Part shown: one piece after another, positions 41,093 to 51,323 of the stretch
Numbering within the stretch: the first letter of the stretch is position 1
Layout: the number at the start of each line of letters is the position of its first letter
NCBI RefSeq assembly: GCF_000143415.4
Contig: NW_003314418.1
Span: 62,001 to 126,000 of the forward strand
Direction of reading: 5' to 3'
DNA: 64,000 bases
From: Selaginella moellendorffii
Taxonomy: Eukaryota > Plantae > Lycopodiophyta
Notes under the pieces: model-generated
What the model saw: only the letters and a program-made list of their open reading frames with translations
Told to the model about the DNA's origin: nothing
The model's database searches: none
Position numbers and translations under genes: made by a program

Positions 41093-44000
41093 ATGGCCTT
41101 CAGGGTTGGGGAAAAAGTTTACATTTTGAATGGTGGGAAGAGAGTTGCAAAAGGGACCCTTGTGTCTATGGATCGGAACTTTGTTATACACTGTCAAAGG
41201 CTTGGGGAAGGCAATGCTGCTGTATCAGTAGAGACTGTCTTCAATGGGAATGTGGTTGCTATTGAACGAGGAGAGATGGTCGTCGGGGTAAATGTTGTTG
41301 TTGCCTTGAAAAATCTTCAGAAGAAAGCAGATGTTGGGGACAGCGCAAGTGCGACGCATGTTCCCTCCGTGGATCTTAAGAACCGTGCTACATGGATTCA
41401 GGCGAAGGTGTTTCTAAACAACCCCGAGGGGGAGGTGGTAGCTGAGGGCTTAGCCACAGTTGTCGATCCAAGAGATGCGGTTGCTAACCAAGAATTGGGC
41501 TGGGATGATATTGGAGTTGCGATTTTAGAGGTTGTTGACACAGAAGAAAACAGTCTGACTATTGGAAGCATTGTGCGGTGGAAATTGAGGCACTTAGTGT
41601 TTGAGAATGTGAAGGATTCACAATCAAACACCACTACAACTGATGACAGAACATCTCTTCATGGGAAAAGAAAGTACACCTTCCTAAAGCGCAGCCAAAG
41701 GGATCTGAGCAACGAACCGAAAAGGCAGAAAATGGCGATGGAGGTTTGAATGGTCTCGACAGTTGCTTGTTGCAAGAGGAGGTGCTGTCAACATGCTGAT
41801 TGGGATGCTATTGAAGAGGAGAGAGCAAGATACAAGACATTGTCCTGGAAGGCAGCTCGCAATTTTGTGTATGAGGCATTACAATCATCTGTTGATGCTT
41901 CAGAACATCAGGTGGGGGGCATGGTCTTCCAGAGGGGTTTGGTCTGCATGAAGGCATGGAGAATCATTTATGGAGTCCCTCAAACCACATTCTACAGAAT
42001 CAAAACTGAGTTCGAGGAACAAAGGGTTCAACAGGTAGTCCATGGGAACGATGGTACGCACAAAACCAGGGGTCATGTTGTATATGGAGAGGCAATCTTC
42101 AAGAGGTTTGTCGAGACATGTAGCGAGCAGCAACCACATAAAACCCGCCTCTTGGAAGATGGAACACGAGACACCCAACGAGTTCTCCCTTCCATGTATA
42201 CCAAGGGGGCCATATTGGAAGATGTGAATCGGGAACTCTAAAGTAATGGCTACAGGAAGCTGAGCCAATCTAGATTTAGTAGATTGTGGAGCAACAGGTT
42301 CAGGGATGTGAGTATAGGAAAGTACTCCAGCTTTTCAAAGTGTGACGAGTGCACTGCTATCAAAATGGCTTTGTCGAAGAATTCTTGCAGCGCTCAAGAG
42401 CGAGAGACGTTGGTTAGAAGGCGGCTCGACCACAACATCGAGCAGAGAAGTTGCAGGACTGCATATTATCATAATAGGATTCTCTCCATGGAGAGACCTG
42501 ACTCTTACCTCTGCATCATCCACGACAAAATGGACCAGAAAAAGACGTGCTTACCTCGACTCAATCCTGCCCCCAAGGCAATCTCTTCATCCATGCAGCT
42601 GCCTGTGTCTCTGTTTGGCATAATCGCTCATGGGCATGGTGCCCAGAACTATGGGAACTTCTTTGTACCTCTATGGGGTGGCGGGGGTGCAAACATGATG
42701 ATTGCGTCCCTAGCAAAACACTTAAGGTCTCTGCAAAGTGCGCAGACTGAGCTGAACGGCCAACCCTTGCATAAGGCCCTTGTCGATCGAACCCCATACA
42801 GGGTTCAACTGGAGGAGGAGCAAAGGCTTGCAGTATCGCGTGGGGCCCCATGCCATCCCAGTGAATATGTTGGCCGTCAGATTGTAGGGTTATCACGTGA
42901 GGCCTCATGCCATTCCGACGAGGCTGGTCGCCCGGTGAATGCACAGCCTCATCCAAACGAAGCAGAATCTCAAGGAAGTTCTTGCGGCCGATGTGGCCTT
43001 CCACCCCATCTTCTGCTCCAAACAGACAATGCTGGCAGTGAGAACAAAAACATGTACGTCTTCGCGTACTTGGCGATGCTTGTTGCCAAAGGCATATTTG
43101 AAACGGTTACACTTGGCTTTCTCATGGTTGGGCACACTCATGAAGACGTCGATGCCATGTTCAGTCACCTGGCAGAGTCCCTCCGGCGATCCAATGTCCT
43201 CACCCTCCCACAACTCTACGATGAATTCCAAAATTGCATCAAAGGCACTGTTGAAGCTGCACTTCTGACAGAGGTTCCAGACTTTATGGGGTTTGTAAGA
43301 GGCTACATCAGGGACGGATCCGAAACGCTGATTGGCCACTCCAAGCCTCTTCAGTTTCATTTCAGCATGTGTGACGGTGCTCTAGTGATGAGGTACAAGA
43401 TGAGAGAATGGGACACAGTGTGGCTGCCAGTGGACGGCATTGAACTCTTCAAGAGAGATCCCATAACTGGGGAACCTATGATTCCTCAGGGTTCCCCACG
43501 GCCGATGCACCCGGATGGACTCAAAGACCAAGAAAGTATAGTGGCCGGGATTAGACAGCATATTGCCTTCTGGAAGAGGGGGTTGGTGTTTGGTGGAGAA
43601 TCCTATTTTCAGAGGTGCAAGCCTTTGCTCGAATACTGGGAGAAGATTATATCTGCTATCCAAAATGGGCCGGTTGTATATGAAGAATTGGAAGAGTCCT
43701 TTTGGCCAGAACCCAGAGCACCAGATAGTAGCGGAACAATGTCCTCTGGAAATGCAATGACAGATAACGATGTTGAGGATCACTATTGTGGGCCGAGGAA
43801 CAAGAAGCCGGATTCAGCATTCAATCCAGTACAGGTCTGCAAAGGAATGGTCATGCTTGTCAGACCCAGTAATAAAAAACAAATGATATGGGTGGGGCGC
43901 TGTATCACTGATGCAGAGGTGGACGCGGAAACTAACTCCTTCAATGTAACTGTGGAGTGGTTCAAGCCAAGTTCCGGATATACGAAGGATTGCCTAGAAA

Positions 44001-44234
44001 AGAGATGGGTGCTGAATCCAAGGGATCCCAGCATGAGCATATCGGTGGATAATGTTGTGCATGGTTGGATGCGGAAGCAGAGTGCCACCATCACCTTGCC
44101 AGACCATGCAAGAGATGCAGCAAGAGCATTCATAACCCGGGTTCAAGGTGAGATTCATTAATATTCCTTTACTAAGTTTCTAATGTATTTTATTTCAAGG
44201 TGAACAATCCGAATCTGAATCAGAGGAGGCTTGA
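41093..44234 (+). pseudogene. Sola-like DDD transposase copy 2, full length with two premature stops
   Basis: One frame across ORFs 41093, 41750 and 42284, with stops at 41747 (CGA in copy 1) and 42239. Motifs KCDEC..H, IIHDKMDQ, LQTDNAGSENKN, FLMVGHTHEDVDAMFS. A 52-bp terminal intron lies at 44148-44199. Confidence 0.8.
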
Positions 44235-44449
44235 TATAGTGTGTGAGGTAAAACAAAGATGATGTGACATATGCATTTACCAATCACACGTGCATAAATC
44301 TAATAATATGGCGTGTGGCCCATATTAATGGCACATAAACCCATATTGTGGGCTTACGTGCTTTATGTACCATCATTCCCTTGCAGCGTGTGTGTTGGTT
44401 TCCTTTTATAACACAACGAACTCCATATTTTAGGGTGAAGAGCGTTCTC

Positions 44450-44707
44450 ATGGCAAGCACAAAATCTGTAAGTGAGGCAGAAAAGGAGACGGAGAAGGAG
44501 ATAGGTGAAGATGTAGAATATATAAGTCTTCCAAACTCCCCGTACTATACTCCAGGTGACCATTTTTCTGAACAAATGGCAACATTAACAACTATCGAGA
44601 ACGCCCCAGTAACGTCAAAGACAACAATCCAAAGCAAAACAACTGACCCAGAGAAGGATGATAGTACCGCTGAGAATACCAAAAAGGAGGTGTCCACTAG
44701 CACTTAG
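44450..44707 (+). CDS. Small acidic ORF (copy 2)
   Basis: Duplicate of 38597-38854. Confidence 0.35.
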   Translation: MASTKSVSEAEKETEKEIGEDVEYISLPNSPYYTPGDHFSEQMATLTTIENAPVTSKTTIQSKTTDPEKDDSTAENTKKEVSTST

Positions 44708-45343
44708 GCTTATAATGGCGTGTGCCCTCATGCCATTTACTTGATCACCAAATACCTTTTTCCCTTTGCACTAGTATATCTTAATACCGGTCTGAGAAAT
44801 AGAATGGCATGTGCCCTCAGGCCTTTTACTAAATCACCTTTGAAAGAAATGCAAGCCTCTATGTCGTAAAAAAAAGGTACTAGAGAAATTCCTTAATAAT
44901 ATGAATGTTATTTAGTTTCATGAAAATACACTAAGGGTCAAATGAGTTAAATGACTTCTCCAGACTAGCAATGCCTCTTGCTACACCTTCACAATTAAAT
45001 TCGTTAGAAAAAGATAACATTGAATAATATCTAAATGTTCTCACCATTAAGTGATATGTCTGGCTAATAGGAATGACGTTCATCTTGGAAAGCTCACCAC
45101 ACGCTCAATGAACAAACAAATAGTGTGTGCACGCATGCCATCGCTCTTCTTTAGCTTCAGATTCGGCTTGTTCACCTTGACAATGAGATTTATTATACAA
45201 CCAAATGGACTCAGTCTGGACATAAAATCACCGCGCTAGTCACCATGCCCCAGATATGTCTAGCCCCTGGACAAAAAACATATAATTTCACGTCATTTTC
45301 AAATACTTGAAAATTTGTACCTAGTCCCATTTTACTGAATAAA

Positions 45344-45367
45344 TCCCACTTTAACGAAATAGAGCTT
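45344..45367 (-). repeat. Right TIR
   Basis: tcccactttaacgaaatagagctt. Confidence 0.95.
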
Positions 45368-45979
45368 AAGTTGGAAATTTGTTCTATGGTATAGAGGAAA
45401 TGTCAACAAAATCGGAGGCAAATTGGTACATCAATGGGAAGGACCATTCAAGATCACAAGTATGCAAACACCCGGCACAACTCACTTAGTGACACTTGAT
45501 GATGAAGAAATTCAAATAGTCAATCTCAACAAATTGAGAAAATATCAAGAACCAAGTATAGCGTATATGCAAGCCAAGCACACCATGCTGGAATTGACTA
45601 CCAATGAAACCAATACAACTCACGTTGTCCACAAAATAGGTCCACAACAATTACAAACAACTCTACTCAAGCAAAAACTTAGTGAAAATGCAAGAACACC
45701 ATATGAATGAAACAATAAAACAGAGTTAGCCCTAACCCTGACAGTGAGGTAGTGCGCGCTGGAACATCACAAGGGTAAGCTTGAGTGGCAAGGAAATTTT
45801 GAGATCACAAGTGCGCTAGAGAGTGATCGTCAGCTAAGCGCTCTCACCCATCTCAAATGAGTGCATCAAATTCTAAGAAACACACCAATCGAGAGAAACA
45901 AGAAGAAAGCAAGTAGAAAAGAGAGTGCCCACAAAAGAAGCAAGAAGAGTGTGTTCACGAGTATAGAAAGAGCGCTCAT

Positions 45980-47930
45980 ATCTTTTCCTCTATTTGCATC
46001 ACAGGTACAAGTGCATTCTCAACAGCACTGAAAAGTCGATACAATGTGAACCAGGCAAACACCCAAGACAGATATTGTCATCCTTTCTCAAAATCTTGAG
46101 TGGCAATTCAATGCCAATGTTAAGCGTTGGACTCGCATTCACAGCCTCTTCAACTTTGCAGAACGAATGGCGGGATATCTCATGAATCAAGTGAGCAACG
46201 AGAAGGCTCACTTGATGGATCTCGCCACCGGCCAGGTTGAACTTGAAGATTCGGAGTTGGCAGCAGCTCTATGTCTCCCAGCCGAAGGCGAGCCAGACTC
46301 TACTCCACACACACGGGCTTTAAGTCATGACATCATGAAAGATCCCAAGAGCTACATCTCGGCGCTTAGTTTGCAATTCTCCAACGTCAAGGACGAGCTC
46401 TACAAAATCTTCAAGTTCCTTGTTCTCAACCTGGAGTTTTGGAAGACTGCCACAACAGTGAGCAGATCCGTGGCCTTCATCTACAAGGATCTTCAAGCTA
46501 GGAAGAAAGTGGATTTAGCAGGATATGTGATCCCAAAGTTTTGCAGGGATCTTAAGAAGGTGACAGCAGATCTCAACATGAGGAGATGTGTGAAGACACT
46601 AATACTACCATATGTCCGAGCCATCATCATGCATAGAAGTCAAGCCATGGTGATCTACAGTCCACCACCTCTACCTCTGCAGCACGCAGCCACAAAAAGT
46701 TCAAAGCGCCAAGCTTAAGACCACTTGATGAACACTGAGGAGAAAAAGGTCCAGGAAAAGACAGCAGCAACTCCATGAAGAAAGACATGGGGACAAGGCT
46801 GAAGAAACGTTGTGCCTCCATAGATTGATAGTGATGACAGTGATGTGCAAACAATCCAACACAAGGTGCCGAAATGGCAACAACCAACGAGAACCTCTAG
46901 CTCCAAAACAAAACGGCAGCAGAGTTTGGCACCTACTCAGCCATCAACGAAGAGCTTGCAGCCTTCAAGCTCACCACAGCTGGATTTGCCACCATCACCA
47001 CTACATGAACTGGCACCATCTCCATCTCCAACGACAACAATTCCAGTGGACAATCACGTTTCGCTGACGCAGGATATTCTTGAAAATCTTAAGATAGTTA
47101 CAATTCCACCATCCATTGTGCAAGGGCACAACACTCTTCACGAACCACCCGTGCAGCAGGAGCAGTCCATTGAGCAACACCAGCCTCAGTAGCAGCAGCC
47201 TCCACCGCAGCAGCCCGTCGAGCAGCACCAACCTTCGCTGCCACAGCCTATTGAGCAGCCGTCTCCACCACACCAGCAAGCTGAGGAGCAGCCATCTTTG
47301 CCGCAGCAACCAACCGAGCTACAGCAGCCTGCTGAGCCGCACCAGACATTTGCTCTAGACACCACTGCCGATGACATGTGCAGCCGCCTCATTCAGCAAT
47401 TCAACGCCAGTTTCATCACGAACGCATGAGCAACAAGCACCATCATTATGATAAATATGCCACCAACAACGTTCCAATCAAGACAGAGGAGCAACAGCAA
47501 CCGAAAGTGATCCATCCCATGCCTACAAACTTCTTGGAGCAATACCATAACTCCAACATGGTGGTGTACACATGGGATGGTATGGAGAGTTTCTTTTGCA
47601 ACGTTTTTGTATGACCACATGAGGAGAAGATGGCAAGCATGGCTCAAGAACTCGATTAGGTAAAGGGAATCCTTTGCACTATACAACCTCATGGACTCCC
47701 AACACCAAACACCTGCCGAGAATCTTTTGAGTTAGCACAGTAGTACCAACTTGAGAATGCCCGCATCACCAAAGAAAACATGGAGCTCAAGGCCAGACTT
47801 CAAGTTCTCAAGTCTGCCATTAAGAACTACACTCGTGACGAGCTCAAAGACTATGAGGAAGAACCAGAGGCTAACACCACAACTGCTACTATTACCACAA
47901 TGGTTGCTTGAGCCGTAGGAGCTGCTCAAC
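45980..47930 (+). pseudogene. Extra 3' ORF of Gypsy element C with a Q/P-rich repeat tract
   Basis: Follows the integrase end (HQWEGPFKI). Fragments ..ELAAALCLPAEGE.. and a cagcagcc repeat tract at 47150-47345. Confidence 0.55.
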
Positions 47931-49796
47931 TCTAGTCGTTGGAGAGTAGAGGTACATGCATTTTGCATCGTGATTTAGGCACAGAGGCATTTCTTAAGTT
48001 AGGAATTGAGATTAGGATTTCTCCCAGTCTAAATTCCTAACTTGGATGACTGGGCATGCAGTGGTTATATAGGTTGGTGATAGCATGCCAAACCTATCCC
48101 TTTTCTGTCTTTTATATCCTTGGCCATAATAACATATACTCCACTTGCTTAACATCTACTCTTCTCTTCCATACCTATCTTACTCACTGCCTTTTGGGGA
48201 TCAAAGCTGTGAGATGTAGATCAATCTCAACATCAACATCTTTGTAACAACACATGGCTAAGTATTTCTTTCCTTTTTATGTTTGGATCTAGTTTAGATT
48301 AAAGAGGATTCACAAGATCATTGTAGAGGTGATTTTGTAGTTCTCCAGCCTCTCATCCTCAAGATCTTTTCTAAGATGCCTTCTAGATCTTCTATAAGTA
48401 ACAACCAATTAATCAATTACAACAGCAGCCACAACCATAGAAACCACAACCATTGCCCTATTCATCCCATATGAACCCTAATGATGTGGCATTAATCAAT
48501 GACAAATCAGCACTAACTCAATGGTAACTTGATTTTGGAATATTCTAGAATAATCTGATGTGGATGATGGTTACATGTACAGCATTTTATCACTGTCACC
48601 GCATAGAAAATGACAGTGATGGTCACATAGTGTCTCTAAGCAAACCAACATAGGATATACCTGGGTATTCTTGAATATTCTATAATCTAATTGTTCATAT
48701 TTATTTAGACTAATCTTGTGTTTATAAATTCAAAACATTTTAATAATGGATATCACATTGACTACAAAGAGTTGACTATATAGTTGACTGATGGTTTTGG
48801 CAAAAAGATGTTGTTTTGAGAACTACATTGTAATTCAATGTTTGGACATGTGTTTGTAGGTGTGATTTTGTGGCAAGGAAACAAAAGCAACAGGAGGTCC
48901 TCTAGACAAGCTAACTTCTGAAGTTTAACCAGCTGCCACCTCCATGCAAGGGTACTTTCCATGAGCTCAAAGTGTAGAGGGCTAGCTTTTGATTTTTTTT
49001 TTGTTGTTCTCTAGGCTCCAATCTGTTAGGAGTGATGCAAAGAGACTGTTATTGATTAGGCTAGGGATTTCCAACCCAAAGCTATGTTTCTCATACCTAA
49101 AAAGTGTATCCATGAAATATATATATCCTCTTGTGGTTTCTCTTCTAAATAGAAGATGAGTGCGTGAGGTTGTACATATCGAAGTACAAATCAAAGAAGC
49201 AGATCAATGGATTTCCCTACAATGGGTCAATCATCAGTTGAACGAGGCAAGCAGCACATACTTGATCCTCTTCTAGTCAATTTGCTTTGAAAAGAAATTT
49301 TTGTCTAGATCTGAAGCAAATTCTTCAACAAATTAGCTATCATATGTTTGAAAAGCTATTTAACGTCATTCCATAAGCAAATTGATCTATAACAGGCTAT
49401 CATATGCTAAATAATTTGACTTTTGTATTGATTCCATAAGGCAATTTCATGGAATGATCTCCACGCCATATTCAAATTAGTCTTTAGTGTTGATCTAGTT
49501 TGCCCAAAATTTACCAAGAGCAATAAGCCACTCTTTCTAATTCCACAGTTGTAAGGGCAAGGTTGGCTATAAGCTACTAAGCATGGGCAGAAAGGAAAGA
49601 TCCTCATACACACCTAAGTAGAGAGATTAAAGATTGACAACCCTTCACATTCCTGATAGAAGTTGAATAGGGAATTGGGGTAGATAAAATAAAAATATTT
49701 ATCAGCAATCCCTCACACATATTAGAAGATGTATTTTTCTTATAGACTCAGACAAAAGTTGGTTAATCCCCACTCTGTGTGACTAAGCAAAAGTAT

Positions 49797-50341
49797 TGTA
49801 AGCAACTAAAGAGAACGACTTAAGAGACAATCCATAGGGTTCAAATATAGAGGGATTGGTTAAGGGTCTTGGGATATTTGGGGTTAAGCGTCTTTGGGTT
49901 CGAATAATATTGGGCTGAGTGACCTCTCGGGAAAACCAAATTTAGGAGCTTACATTTGTTTTAGGTCCGACTTTGTTAGTTGACTGGGGGAATCACACCA
50001 CATGTTGATTGACATCTGGCTAGTCTAGTTTGCTCATGCTGGACTCGACTTGAGGGGTAGGGTGTCAAGAGAGCAGGGCTCTTAGGAGAGCTGCGGCTCT
50101 CAACTTCCATTCAGGAGGGCATGAACTTGCAGGGAAGCATGGTGAATTATAAACAACCAAAGAAGACAACTCAAAAGATAATCCATAGGGTTCAAATATA
50201 AAGGGAAATGGCCCATGAACAAGAATGCACCCCCTTTTTCAATCGGTTAAGAGTCTTGGAGTAATTGGGGTTAATTATCTTTGGGTTTGAATAGTATTGG
50301 GCTGGGTGACTTCCTGGGAAGACCAAATTCAGGAGTTTACA
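49797..50341. mobile_element. TRIM (two short LTRs, ~195-bp non-coding interior)
   Basis: LTRs ~49797-49953 and ~50148-50341, AGTAT TSD. Absent at the paralogous site ~4968. Same LTR as 6364-6586. Confidence 0.85.
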
Positions 50342-51161
50342 AGTATAAGAAAGGGAAAACTATTTTATGTGCCTAATTAGGCCAGCGAATGATAAATTTA
50401 ATGAAATTACTTAAATAGCTCGACAAATTACAGAGCAAAATACCTGATAATATTCTACTCAAGGTATACAGAAGTCTGACTCCTTGTATCTTTACTATTG
50501 TCAAAGAAAGTGTGATAAAACTTTATAGGTACATAGAATAAATGAGTCTTATATCTGTGGAGTTACCTATACAAAAAGAAAATAAGATTAGAATTCTTCC
50601 TAGATAGAAAGATAGTTTGCTTATCCGAGCTAGATGCAAATCCTAAATATTATAACCTGCAAAGGATTTATAAAATTCTGCCTACTAGACAATTGCTAAA
50701 TTTTATGCAATTTTTAGGTAAAAAAGCTATTGTGAGAACTTTAATGGTTAACAATAAAACTTAGATACCCATAGGCAAAAATACACTTGGTGATAATTGG
50801 GTTAATAGACATTGGATCAATTCTAAATTTGAATTGGTAGGCAACAAAATTTTGTAAAGTAAAAATCTTTTAAAGTGAACCACATTTGAGCAAAATAGAT
50901 ATGCTTTGAAAAACAATTTTTGTTGCTCAAGAAATTTTTGGAACTTTTGTATAAAAAATGCTCTAAACATTTTGCCTCTAGAGGAAAGCTATCCCTATTT
51001 CAAAATAGGTTGGAAAGCTAAATACTTGCTCCTAAGAGTGACTAATAGGGCAATTTACAAGAGGGATACATTGTATAAAAAAGCCTCGTACCACTCATTC
51101 CATAAATGAGGCATAATAACTAAGCTTGCCATAGTAGCAACACCAACATGCTTCAAAATAT

Positions 51162-51323
51162 TGTAGCGCATGTGATCATAGAATGAAATTTAAATATATT
51201 GTTATCATAGATTTTTGGAACGTTGGGGGATAAATGGGGATAAAATAGCCACTAAGGGCTCTCTCATAAAGCAATTACCCCTTTGCCAATTGGTTTAAGG
51301 GGAGAGAGATAGAGTGCGTTACA
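51162..51323. mobile_element. 162-bp solo-LTR-like insertion
   Basis: TGTAGCGCA...TGCGTTACA ends, AATAT TSD. Absent at paralogous ~5785. Confidence 0.8.

Larger units (their letters stand above)
34450..44893 (+). repeat. Tandem duplication of the transposase module (34450-39042 and ~39190-44893) across an N gap
   Basis: Paired near-identical ORFs (34496/39237, 36399/41093, 38495/44348). The junction lies in the gap at 39063-39162. Confidence 0.9.
27256..45367. mobile_element. Large Sola-like DNA transposon with cargo gene (~18.1 kb as assembled)
   Basis: Perfect 24-bp TIRs AAGCTCTATTTCGTTAAAGTGGGA (27256-27279 and 45344-45367), AAGT TSD (27252-27255 and 45368-45371). The empty site restores ttt gaa gtt gga (FEVG) of the Gypsy integrase. 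Contains a DDD transposase. Confidence 0.9.
16545..48340 (+). mobile_element. Ty3/Gypsy retrotransposon C (host of two nested insertions); boundaries approximate, LTRs not identified
   Basis: Order is gag (17904), double zinc knuckle (~18570-18680), RT (WLSPLVIVPKKNGKLRI, MPFGLTNAP, FMDDF), RNase H and integrase. The integrase is split at 22538/26974 and 27255/45368. An extra ORF follows at ~46-48 kb. Confidence 0.8.

Noticed and set aside
27642-44830. CRISPR-like array interpretation of the palindromes
   Set aside because: Spacing is irregular, there are no uniform spacers or cas genes, and the context is eukaryotic.
27255-45368. Alternative boundary: 25-bp TIR starting TAAG with a 2-bp AG TSD
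   Set aside because: It restores the same empty site, but a 4-bp AAGT TSD fits a Sola-type transposase better. Other copies are needed to settle it.
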